Below, piece by piece: positions 22,700 to 34,879 of a stretch of DNA of 64,000 nt. Under the pieces are notes generated by a model, which did no database searches, had not been told where the DNA came from, and saw nothing but the letters and a program-made list of their open reading frames with translations. The DNA is from Raillietiella orientalis (lineage: Eukaryota): positions 2,108,001-2,172,000 of the forward strand of contig JAYWIR010000013.1 in NCBI GenBank assembly GCA_036172245.1. The letters are read 5' to 3'. Both the position numbers and the translations under genes were made by a program. Each line of letters opens with the position of its first letter. Within the stretch, counting starts at the first letter, position 1.

Positions 22700-24290
22700 C
22701 ACCGTCCCGACAGCCCGTTTCGCCGAAGGATGCTATGTGAGCGCCCCCTTTCCTCCCTTACTCTTTCCGCAGCCTGTTCCCATTTCATGGATCGGTATTC
22801 ATGCGACATGGATTTCGCGCTAGAGAGAGAGAAAGAAAGAAAAAAATGCTTGCGGGAGCTCCGCATAGCGCACCAGAGAGCAACGAGCCGTTCTTCAGTT
22901 GCGCTTTCACGCAGAGGGGGGCCCCGCGGCAAATAGGAAGGAACGCGTTTCCCACGACCGTGCCTTAATGGCAGGCAGACGACGTCGCCAAACTTCCTTA
23001 CCACGGAGTAAGGACGCTCGTCCGGAACGGGGCCGGGCAACAGAAACTAACTCAGCGCGGTAGGAACTAGCAGCCCCGGCAGCTGGAGACACAAGAACGA
23101 GGAACCGCTGCGTGGGCGCGGCCAGTCCTTCATCTTCTGGGCACGGAACGGAGGAGCGACGGATTGGACGTGAGTCTTTGACGACCTGCAGAGAACCAAA
23201 GGGTGCGATGACGGGTAGGGAGTTACCCCGAATCAGCGTCCGCCTGCTCCGAACCGCGTTTTCTGCCGTTCCAAGGTCGACCACACAGCCTGCGTCTATT
23301 TATTAATTTAATGTATGGCATGTACGCGCATGAGTTGTGGCCGCTGGCGAGGCATTTGAAAACAAAAAGCAGCAAATAGGGATAGGGCATCCGTTCAGCG
23401 GGCTCATGGGACCATGGGCAGGGCTGCTTGTTTTGCTTTTCCTCCAAAGTGGTTGCCGCTTGTTTTTACCTTCCATGTGCGTGCGTTTTCGTCTTGGGCT
23501 TGCGAGGCCGATTGCTAATTTGGGGTAGCGGTGAGGAATGCCTGCTGCCAAAGAAGGATGGCTGCAACGGAGTTTCGAAATCCTCCCACGGTTTCGAGTA
23601 CCGTCCATGTTGGACACCGGAAATCCAGCAGGTACACCGCAAGTTTCAGCAAAACCGGCGGCAAGGTACTTCCCAAGCCGCTTCCTGAACCTCCAGATTG
23701 GGGTGCAACGCACCCGTTGAGAGTGACAGGACAAACGATTCGACAGCCCTTGTGGCGACGAAAGAGAGCGAAGCGGGCTAATGAAACCGGCGTGACGAGG
23801 AGTGTTGCTCGGCGAAGAGGAAACCCAAGCCTCCCTTTCTTCCGGGACAGACTCCACTCACGGATGAGCCGTCGTGTCGACTCGCCTGCTGCCTTCTGGC
23901 GGGAGGTGCACTCGTATTCTCTCAGCTTTCTTCACCAACGACTGCTACTTCAAGCAGCGCAGAAGAAACACTCGAATAACCTTCGTACCCGTTCTCCTTG
24001 CGCTTGTCGGGCGGGGGAGAGCGTCCTGTCCTGTCCGGATCGTACTCTCGTTCGGAGAGCCATCAACATTTGATTGTCCGAGATCTAGCTTACGGTTGAT
24101 GAGGCAAAGATGCGCAGGATGTTTCAGTTGATATTCAGGAACCATCTACGAGAACTCGTTGGTCAGAGACGGTTGAGTGGACCGGATGACAACATCCCTC
24201 ACTGACAGCGAGCTATGAGGGTTATGTACCCTTCATCACTGTTCCGCTATTGGAGGTGGGAAAAAGAGTAGGGACAAAGAATTGGAACTA
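22700..24290 (+). mobile_element. Degraded Tx1/L1-like RT relic
   Basis: SKVDH (KAFDRVDH), LMYG and QIGIGHPFSGL (RQGCPLSG) remnants, followed by AFWREV (LW.R) near the C-terminus. Confidence 0.45.
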
Positions 24291-24299
24291 AAGGTCCCC

Positions 24300-24960
24300 T
24301 TCTTCTTTTTGTTACCACTCTTGTTGAATTCTATGGACAAACGAATGAGATGAAAATTTCGAGCTTAGCAGACCATGGCTCAAGAATAAACTCAAAAGCT
24401 GGTACAGAAAGCACGCAGCTGTAAAGATCGACTCCCCCACGGGGAACGAACAGGGACTTTGGACTTTCGACGTCAGGATCGCCCGCTTTGCGATCCACGG
24501 ATGGTGTGCAGAAGACTGCCGATCGATTTGGAATCCACCAGTGTTTACGACGTTGGGGACGATTAGCTGTTCTAATCCCCATTGGCAAGTCTTACAGATC
24601 TTTTCAAGAAGCACATTTCACCTCCATCCAGATTACATTACATACATTACGATCCTGTATCCCGAATTCTGCCTGCAGGTAATCAGAATGGCGATGTTTT
24701 GGTTAAGATCGCACTCCCCAAACCGACAAAACCGGCCGTTCTGATGGAAAAGCCGTGCAACGGCCGTTGAAACTCGTTCTCACTTTCGTTGCATTCCTCT
24801 CGGAAAACCAGCTACAGTCTCGCATCGACACCTTCACATAGACTGCTACTCAAATCCAGAGTGGCTGCTGCATGAGCCACAACAGGTCCCGGCCACTATC
24901 GGTCGCACGTGCCGATTTCAAAGTCGCATAGTGGAAATACCACGGCCACTCGGTTGCAAC
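24300..24960 (-). mobile_element. Degraded non-LTR RT-core relic
   Basis: HQNGRF..DLNQNIAIL (Q.GF.GRSI.DNI), VIWMEVKCA (LDFEKAFD) and PRGGVDLYSCVLSVPAFEFILEPW (RGVRQGCPLSP.LF..LEPL) occur in the correct order. Confidence 0.55.
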
Positions 24961-25434
24961 GAGAGGAATTAAGAAGCGCCAACTAAATTACTTGGCGACA
25001 GTATTGATAAAACAAAACTGCATTCCAAGCACTAAATCTGCATTTTGAAAACGAAGAGCAAAAAAGTCCATGTTGCAAGCATAAATTCAATACGTGAATA
25101 CTTGAAAATCATCTTTTTCATTTCACGTCCCTAGAAAACGATGCAAAGTGAAGTTTAAGCATCCAAATGGAAAGAAGAAAAGGAAGACCAGAGGCGTCTA
25201 CTGTATTCTCATATTTATTGCTTTTATGGGATTACGAATATCTACAAACACAAAACAAACAGCAAGAGATTAAACTCATGTGTGAAACTTTCAAGGGCTG
25301 CAAATGCCATTATCACAGCACAATGTTACTCATTCATGATAAATTTAAAATTCATACTTCATAGACTGAATGCTTAGCAGCTAAAATATAGGCACAATTC
25401 AAGTATATATTTTTCCACAGTCGTAATAAAATAA

Positions 25435-28011
25435 CTACTTTATCTTCAATTCTTTTCCCTCTTTAGGAGATGTTTTGAGGATGGACTTTTTAGGCACCTT
25501 ATTGGACAGCATGGTACTGTTCAGTTTTTCCAATATTGCATTGAAATTATCCTTTCCCATATAGTCTATCTGGCCGGACTCCCAAGCGTAGTAACGATCC
25601 CCTTCTGATACCAGGTTTACAGATGCCAGGGATGCAGCTAATCCTGCCTGAAATTACGTAAATTAGAACAGCGTCAAGAACAACACCAAGCTAGGCTGAG
25701 TGACATTAGCATGAAGGAATCAGAAGAATGGATGGGGTCAGAAAGAAGTAAGAATGTAAAGGATCAAACTTACATCCAGACTATGTCCAGATGAGAACAA
25801 GCAAGGCATGCTAGCACTTTTGAACTGCAATTGAGTCATGAGCTCAGTCTCAGTACCAAGAGTAACCCGACCAGAGCCGCTCTCTAACTCGATCTCAGGG
25901 AGAAGGGAGGGAGCAGGAGTGGAGCAGAAGGAAAACGACGGAGACTTTGCTTCTCTGAAGTCCAAATTCGACTGTTCAACAGTTGGGTGCACTCTTAACA
26001 ACTCCTCAAGCTTTGTTGCCTGTGTTTGCAACTGGGCAAATATTTGGCAAACAATGTGAAAGCGATTTAACAGTTCCATACATTTCTGATAGCATTGCGC
26101 ATCATTGCCAGTTAGATATTTTTGAATCAACTGATTTATCTTTTCATCAAGTAATGAGAAAACTACTAGCAGATGATCCAGAAGCATAATTTCATCACTT
26201 AGCTGCAGCTGTTCATCTAGCAATGCATGTACGCCTGTTTCACAGAGCTCCCTTTTGTAAGGTTCTGCAGCCCATTCCACACGGCTGCTGCTGGACTCCT
26301 TCCTCTTTTTTCTCTGCCGTGATTCAAATGGCACATGAGTTTGCTTTTCATTTATTGGAAATTTCACATCAGCAATTTCAGAATCACCATTCTCAATGTC
26401 ATCGAGCTTTTTCTGGATCTCCTCAAAGCATGGCTCCATCTTGCAATCAAACCAAACAGGAGGATTTCCATCCCATTCCACAGGTATGCAGCTTTTGGAA
26501 CAATCCCCATCATCACTGTTTGCTTGGTGCTCCACTGATGTGTGTGATATTAAGGGAATAGGTCTGAGGGGACAACTTGCGATACCCTGGCCCTCATGCT
26601 GATAAGGCAACAAGTCCTCAACGAATTTACCTAAACTCTGATGAACAGAACGGAAGGAACAATGGGGTAAGCTTCCCATGCCACTTAAATATCCAGGAAC
26701 ATAATCTGCAGGGAAAGGTAACTGGGAGTGTGGTTGAAAGTCATTCATGACATGAGGAAAAGGATAGAGACAATGATCTGGAATCAATCCAGATGACTGG
26801 TTTGGCAACAGGCAGAAATCAAAGTAGGATGGTTCACAGGGAATGTAACATGGCCCATCCCATCTATCAAAATCAGAGGAACAATGAGTCAAGGTTTCCT
26901 GAGTCAGATCAATCTGATCAACAGTTGTCAGGCAGGATGAAGAATGAGTAAGTTTCACTTGGAAGCTATCGACCAGCCAGCTCTAGAAGAGCAGGAAGTC
27001 AACAGGATGATAGGCAAATTAAAAGCTTGTTAAAACCAAGGAATTACCATTTCTGGACTCAGATGGGGCAGGACATCTTTTTCACACAGATCCCACCACT
27101 GCTGAAGATAAATATCTGTCAGTTTGCTTTCTCCTCTACAACGGTGTTTATGCATCCAGGGTTTGTTACCACCCAAAAAGTGTACAATCTTCACGTGGTC
27201 AGCACACCTGAGGGCAGCAATATCCATTAAGCATTGCTTTCAACCATGATTACTAACTCCTTGTACGCAGGGATGTATGTGTAACTGACACTGGAGACCA
27301 TATTATACACAAATGGTAGATGCTTGCTGAAGTCACTCAAATGGCTTTTAAAATATTTATTCAACAGGCCTTGATCTCCACCTATGCACTGCAATGTGAA
27401 AATCAGAGTCCCTTAAGTCCTTCTTTACCATCAAAACTGCCTTCTGACAGGGCTAATTGCAAAAGAGCAGTATATGTGTCCAAAGATGGCCGAAACACAA
27501 ATACTCCGGTATTAAAATAATCTGGCCAACCAGCATCTCGAGCTGCTGAAAACTCTTCCTTTTCAAATAACTCATCACAATGCTGAACTACCTGCACACC
27601 AAATGTGAGGTTATAGTTGTGATTCCACACTTACCAAAGTGTCAGAGTCCAAAAACACACACTTTGAAAACTGGGTCAAACGCCAGCAATGCAATTTGGT
27701 GAATGTAACACCTAAATCCGGCCTACCCATCAGTGACAAGTTAATATCATCTCCAGAATCCAGAACATTTACCATTTCAACATAATCGAATACAGATCTC
27801 AACAGATCTCTGACAAGGGAGGGGGGGGGGAATTAATTGTTCAGTCAAGAAACTACTATCAGTACCTCATGGCGGTAGTGACTTCATTCGTGATCATAAT
27901 AACTAAGGGACGTGTAGTACCCACTTTTTTCAATGAATGAGCCAAAACCAAAGCTCCCAGTGCATATGAATCATTAGTTGCTAATGTTACCCAAGCTTGA
28001 TCATCCACCAT
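25435..28011 (-). CDS. GYG1: Glycogenin (GT8) with a large internal exon
   Basis: Exons 28011-27866, 27809-27635, 27591-27429, 27381-27258, 27207-27048, 26982-25774, 25647-25435. Motifs [72 protein letters not shown], the acceptor-Tyr region [21 protein letters not shown] and the C-terminal synthase-binding [21 protein letters not shown]. Confidence 0.95.
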
Positions 28012-29829
28012 TTTAGAAATGCTAAACAAAATATTGCAACGTGCACTAGTAATTACAGATTTAGTTTGATGATTACTAAAAGTTTACAAAATGAAAAAAA
28101 ATATCGTAATGCAATGCATTCCTCTTCTGAACAAATACATTTCAAATAACTAATGCTGTGAGTGCGAAAAGTTTGAAATTCTGGATGTCCTCGAAGTTAC
28201 CATGTTACAGTGAACTCTGATTTCCCACATTGACAAGAAAATACTTTCTTCATCTGATTATATTTGAAAAATGTAAAACTGGGCTCTCTTTATACAAGTA
28301 TACATAAAAATGTACCGATTTATTTGAGTAAACTGTGAAGGTTATTAATCCTGTTGCCCATTCCTGAGCACTTTCGCGCTGGTACTTTTTTCGGAAAACA
28401 CAAGGCAAGAGACAATAACCTTAAACGCAAGGGGAAGTATGTTGGAATAGGCTGAATTCGCGTGGAGGATAAGTTGGAAACATGGAAACATTTCCGTAGA
28501 TGAACCAAGTATTACGAAATGGGTCGAGCAAACACTTTTATAACGGTCAGATGAATTATATTAAATTAACTTGGCTGCATGTCAAAAGTTATTTATAGAC
28601 GTTGAACCATTCCGACAACACGAATTTCAATGTGTAAGCACGCAGCATAAAGGAATGCAAAAACGTGCTTCTACAGTTAAGATGAAATATAACGGATAAC
28701 ACGGAACGGGCACAAGAAAAAAGAAAAAAAAACTGACATTAGTTAACGAGCCTGAAACAAACTGTGATCAAACACAAGCAAAATGGAACTTTTGTTGACA
28801 GCGCGTAAAAACTGCACGAATTCACAAACTCGCTAATAGAGTCTCACGCGTAAATTGCATTCTCAAGAATGACTTTTCTATTTAGGAGGTGTTTCACACT
28901 GGAAAATCCATTCCGGAGAATGCCTGCTCAGCATCTTACGAAACTTTGCCAAGTTGCGATCACAAATTACCTTACAACGAGGATCACTTATGCTTACGAC
29001 GCGTATTCAAGGAGTTTAGGATTACGAGTTTTCCTTTTCTCTCTCTCTTTTTCAGAGGAAGGAAAGGAGCCTGGCAATCCCGGAGCAGCAGCCACTTCCA
29101 CACTCGAAGCCACCACCACTACGCGCTCGAGTACCACGCGCGCGCGCTCTTCCGCGTATGATGCAACGCAGCCGCCCCACTCCGTGGTAACTGCGAAGGC
29201 GGGCGGTCCGCGCGCTGCCGCCGCCACCAAGACGTGCGCTCAACTTGGCGCTCGGATGTTGTGATGGCCTTGATCCCATCGGGAAGTATCCGAATGTCAC
29301 AATTGGCTTCTGTGGTGTTTCTCTTTGCACCTCCTTCGCAACCAGCCGGGCACACCCAAGTCGCGCTTCCCAGTCCCCTGCTGCAGGAAAGCTTGCTCCC
29401 CATTGCGTACCTGAAACTCGATCCGACTCTCAGTTCTCCGCGAGCACGTTCGTGGGGAGAGGGAGACGGGGGAGGGGGACGGCCTACACGTATTGTGTTC
29501 TGATTAAAAACGGATTAGGGTGAAACATCCTCGTGTTATGTTGATTCCCCACCACTCCCGCATGACCTTAACCTTCCAAACGGTCCTCATTCGTCAGTTT
29601 GAGAATCACCAGAGAGACATATATGGTTACAGAGAAACGGAGAAGGGGGGAGGGAGGGAGAGAGACTTATTTAAAAAGTGATCGTGGCTTACTGAAAATT
29701 CACCAGCGGAAATAGGGGACACGTTTGCGCGCAACAGTTCGGCTGGTTCCGTCTGAAAATCCCAAAGATTCATCGATATTTGCTCGTCACTTTTTTTTTT
29801 GCCTCTGTTTCCTTCCTGTCTCACAGAGG

Positions 29830-31620
29830 ATCCCCCAAAAGCTCCGTTCTACCGCTGACGAAAGTTCCATGGAAGAGTGTGCCCTGCTGGAAGAGCTCAG
29901 GTTTCTTCGGTTCACGGCTCAGGGGATGCGTTCGCAGGACGAAGGAGCAGCAGCAACGTTGAAGAGTGGAGATCAACTGAACTTACAACCCGAGTAGAAA
30001 CGGCAATTTTTTTTTTTTTTTTGTATGCATTTATTCCCGCCAGTAAACATTTCATTGCCATCGCCCGTTGCTCATTTTCCACTCAAAAGTTGGCAGAGGT
30101 CAGAAAGAAAGCCGCGGCACGCCTCTTCTGGGTCCCGCTCGACGGTCAGGAATAGGTCGTTCGATTCTGCTTGAGTGTCTGTTCCTGGCCATCTCAAATA
30201 CCAGGAGCAGGCGGTCTGTTGTTTACTGAGGTTTCCTATCATCTTCCGTGTTGCCCGACACGTAAACGTGTGTGCGCTTTGATTCCATGGCATTCAAAGA
30301 CAAATCTGACGTAACCGACGGAAGCACCGTTTCCAGGCACCCGACGGTCCCCTACGGCGTGTGCCTGTTGCAGATTCGCCCGGAGAAGCAGAGGCTGCAG
30401 CTGGTCGTGCACGCCTCCCACACAGCACAGTTCGACCCTACGATTCCCAGTGCGCCGGTCTCGGAAGCACCCTCAAGCCATTCCATTTTCCGATGCACTG
30501 CCGAAGAAATGAATCCTCGCTTCGTTCACGAGGACGCAGTCGAAACTCCAGCAAGCAAAAAGGTCCTTGAGATGCAACGTGGCTGATGTTGATTTGCTCT
30601 TCTCCAGTACACGCGCTACACGAGAGCAAACGTGGCACGCCCAATTTCCATTCGGCTCCCCAAGGAGACGCTGCGTCTAGCCACAAAGGGGTGCAAAGGG
30701 GTGGGGGTAACTGGAACCGCGCTTTGCAGCGGAGTGGATCAGCAGCACGGCGTTCGCTTCCCCGGGAGACACACGGGACGATGCTGATCTGCATCGATTT
30801 TTCGAGAATCCCCACAAGTCAGCACATCCTGGCTTCTCACGTCATCCCCGCTGGCCGTTCCGATCCCCCACCAGGAGCAGGAGGCACCTTTGCCCGGTCC
30901 TTCATCGACTGCTTTGGGCTTCGATCCACAGGCTAGCGAATCCCTTGCTTCCGTGAAGGAGAGTTTTCGTAAAGACTATTTTGGTACAGTATGGCAACCG
31001 ACCAGAGTGTATACGACAATGTAAACATCGTACGCCGTTTACGCCCAAACGAATCGTTCGCGGCACGAGTCCTCACTTCCCTAATGATTCTATTAAGTGG
31101 CGGGTAAGTGGGTTTCGGCATCCCAAGGGAATCCCCACGAGTTTTTCTTGGGAGTGCGCTGGGGGGCACAAAATCAGAAGCAAACCAGTCCTTGTTGGAA
31201 AGACATAGGAAACTCCTACCGCCTGTGACACCAGCTGCAGGCTCCAGATCATGTCCAAGGGAGGAGGCATTTCGTCCGAAGCGGGTCGCGGTTCCCCGCG
31301 TGAGAAGCAAAAAGGCTCATGACCTCTGGTTCACTCATTGCTCTTGGCAACCGGGATTTCCACGACCACACTGGAGCGAGCTACAGTTCTTTCGCAAAGC
31401 AGCAGCATTCGTTTAGTGCGGATCCCAGAGGCCTCCCGTGAGTCTGGCATCCCGCCATCTTTCACTTGAAAGGACCCAGCCTTTTCTTCTGATGGGGTGA
31501 ACGAAATCACCTTAGCACTGCGACGAAGCGCGCGCGTTACCAGGGACGTCCCCGCGTGTGGTGCGTTGCCAGTCAACAGTACTCCCAACAATACCGGCGC
31601 AGTCGTCCCGGAAGCGAGCC
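29830..31620 (+). mobile_element. Degraded non-LTR relic (ORF1/APE/linker)
   Basis: RETH, NVNIV, KPVLVG and NEITLALRR remnants in APE-to-linker order. Weak. Confidence 0.33.
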
Positions 31621-31749
31621 CTGCAAAAAAAAAGAAAAAAAAAAAAAAGAGGCGTTTCTTCTTTCTTTAAATTCACATTTCGTTAAAGCAAACACAATAT
31701 TTCTTGCACCTGTTGAAAAGTGACTGGACAAAGAGATGAGCAGCAGAAG

Positions 31750-34700
31750 AGCAGCAAACAGTGAATGAATAATGAAATTGTGACTTGAGAAATCGCTCGC
31801 AGCTGTGTAGGGATACCAAGTGTTTCTAGACAAAAAGCGAAATAGGTTCAAAAACAAAACCAGAGACTGTGTTTGGAACAGCAATGGGGTCTGTGTTGGG
31901 AGAAAACCGCTTTATTTCGGGAAGCAGGCGATAGTTATGCAGAGAAACGCAAGCAACAACTGCAACATGCAATTGAGGGAAGACTTACGACATCGAGATC
32001 AAATTCGCCAGAACGTTTGCAAAAGGTTGGCTCGCGTCAGCATCCCGCCCACCGTTATGCCACTTGGCAGCTTGTGAGACAAATGCATTTGCTGCTTTTG
32101 ACAAAGTGAGACAACGATGAGTAGGCAGTTGGGAACGAAACGAGTACATATGAAGGTCCACCAGTCTGCTAACCCTTTGAGTGCTACGGACGCATCTACG
32201 CGTCCGGCGAAAACTAGCAGCGTGCGCTATGGACGCGCACATGCGTTTGGCAAATGTTTTTTACCTTATACTCGCGGCATAAGTTAGTACTATCCATGTT
32301 TGAGATGGACGCATACACTTACGTTCTTATGATTCCCTTGGCGACGACAGCAAACAAAATTCTATGCATACCGGCTAACGTTTCTCCGTTTTCCTCGGTG
32401 TCGTACACAATTTATTATATTGTTTTTCATCTTTGTGATATCTTAAAAAGGTGAATGAATTCTTGATTCATTCGAATTATAATTAAAATTTTTAAATCAA
32501 TAATATATATATGTGAAAAGTGAAAATATTTTAGTCAATCGGTACCTCGATAGAGTATGCGGTACTCGAGGAAGCGCTCCGTCCACAGATCGCAACTGCG
32601 ACTCCGGTGGCATCAACATTGAACGTTTCAATCTGATAAGCTCCGCGCCCAAAGGATTAAAAAACCAGTGGTCCATAGGTTGTCTGCAGCGAAGCGCCGA
32701 TGGAATGCGTATCAGTTTCAGTCAGAGTTGCATAGTTGGGCACCTCGTGGGAACCGCATCCTAAATGGTTACAAGGCGGGAAGGATGGTTGCAGATGCCA
32801 TCTTAGGGAACACCAATGCGCATGCCTCTCGGTTCCTTCTTCGGCCTTCTGGAATGCCTTTTTCCTCCCTATAGGGACAGAGACACTTTCGGGATTCTGG
32901 CTGCCAAACTAGAATCCACAATGAGTGCACCTGTGTCCTCTTCGGTAGCGACGCTTATCTCCTTGAGTGTCAAAGCGTTTACCTTCTTTGGCACGGATCC
33001 TGGAGGTGCTTGCTGAAGATAGAAAGTGCCACCGCTTAATGGACGACGAAAGAACAGGAAATAGAAAGAAGTAGAAAACAGTGCACAGATAATTTTCTTC
33101 TGAGGCAACTCAACCGCAGGCGCTCCTCTCAGTCGGATGATTCGGTGCGGCTGGAAAGGAAGGCGCTCGGGAAGCGCATGGCTCAAATCAGCTCAAGCTG
33201 GACGACTTTCACATGCTGGAAAGGAACGAGGAAGCACGGACGAATCTGGGTAGACGCGGTAACGAGGAGTCTTTCTCTGCATCTCTGAATCGGAAAGCGG
33301 CGGGCGGCTGATTCGTAAAGCCAGGCCAAATAGCCTTTCATGCATTTAAGAACGTATGTAAAGAACGTGTATTTTAAAGCATGAGCAGGTTGCGAAGATC
33401 ATCTCCTGAAAGGGGAGAACGGAATCGGCTTCCCAATTTCTCTGAAGGCTCTCTTCGAAAGGAGCAGAGCGCTTCTCCACACTCTCGAGAGATATCATCA
33501 ACCCACCAGCTCCAAAGTGCGGCTTCACTTTCCCTAGTGGAAGGGAATCCCGAAGGGAACGGGCTCCTTGATTCTTGGAAGGACTCCGGAAGTTCCTTCG
33601 CAATTCCAACCCCGGCCAGTCAACGGGAGCTTCCGGATTCCACCAGTGCCGCAGGCCAACCAGCTTCTGGTTACTTCCTGAGGTCCTAAATTTGCGACAG
33701 ACTTCAAGAAATTCGAGTGGCCTGATGAAAATCGTCGAGGAAACGATGGAAAGAAATACGGCGCTGATGGATTCTGCTTTCCGTTTGGAGTGGATGACAC
33801 GAGTGTTTTCAGCAAGGAAGGAGGAAGGAATCACCTTGTTCTGTGGGAGTGGCTCTTCGTGTATTTAATAGCACACTGTTTTCAATTGCTCGAATCTTCC
33901 AACTGACTCCCACAACTGTGAAACACCGCTGAAGTGCATCCTCAGAAAATGAGAAAAAAAAAATTATGGAAATGCAACGAGAAAGCATCTCTCTGCGGCA
34001 ATCTGAGAAATGTTGGATCCACTGCTGTCAGCGATGAGTCCCCTCTGGTCTTCTCCAACAGCGATGGAATGGAACAGAAGTAGAAGTCACGCCCGTGCCA
34101 ACGTACGCGTTTCTCTCGGAATCCTCCCAGCTTGCATAGTTGTGAGGAAGGACGCATCCTGAATTCAAGAAGTTGCTTGTTCGGTGGCCAGTTCAGGAAG
34201 ATTATCCACTGCATCACGGAACACGCTCTACGGGAAAGCTGGAAAGCATGCAGTGGAGGCGCGAGTTGCAATTCCTCCGGGCTTGCATCCGCGCGCGAGC
34301 AAACTCCGAAGAAAGTGACCCGTATTTGCTCCTGGAAAGTCGAATCTTCTTAATGGAATCGACAAACGATTCTCTTTATAGCATCGGAGCTAGCGCAGGA
34401 ATTGGTGCCAGCGTTTTCCAGCGACTGCACCGGTCGACTCGTTTGTTCAGGAAAGCAGCTCGTTCCAGCTTATAGAACGTTTGTGTGGCACGGGAAGTTC
34501 CCGAGCCACCACGGGATACCAAACAGAACTTCCCGCTCGCTTTCAGAACAGCATCGCCTGGAAGGCTGGGCTTTCCCATCCCGTGCAGCCGCCACCAAAC
34601 GCAAGCGGATCCGAAATGGCTCGCTCCATCCTCGGGAGATGCGATCCTCCGGTGCGATCCTCCCTGATCCTGAAGACCACGTCAGAGGGAGCTGACCGAC

Positions 34701-34870
34701 CTGAACGCATACATCAAACGGGAGACTTCCGAGATTACTCCCCACTTCGTTTCGGGTTCGGACTCGAGAATGAACCCGGCGCAGGTCTCAGCTTTTGCAT
34801 GCTGAACTTTCGTCTGCCATTCTCAGCGCGACGGAGGGAATCTGGAAAGCATAGGGGGGTACTCGGTTCA
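31750..34870 (-). mobile_element. Degraded Tx1/L1-like element (ORF1-APE-RT) interrupted by MITE copy 2
   Basis: LLNTRR and PQEVT (APE), TSFYFLF..ALTLKEISVA (linker) and KVSLSL*GGKG..RNR..SATIL (RT N-term). RFAADNL | LIVVSLCQK (GRS..DN..LSLDQEKAFD) continues across the MITE. Confidence 0.55.
32173..32656. mobile_element. Non-autonomous piggyBac-type MITE, copy 2 (484 bp)
   Basis: CTAA|CCCTTTGAGTGC ... GCGCCCAAAGGA|TTAA. The 5' ~220 bp and 3' ~100 bp align with 14400-14838. The AT-rich centre differs. Confidence 0.82.
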
Positions 34871-34879
34871 GCATCCACT

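Noticed and set aside
25738..26958. 406-aa ORF as an independent gene
   Set aside because: It has a GTG start and is flanked by in-phase splice sites inside glycogenin, so it is better explained as an exon.
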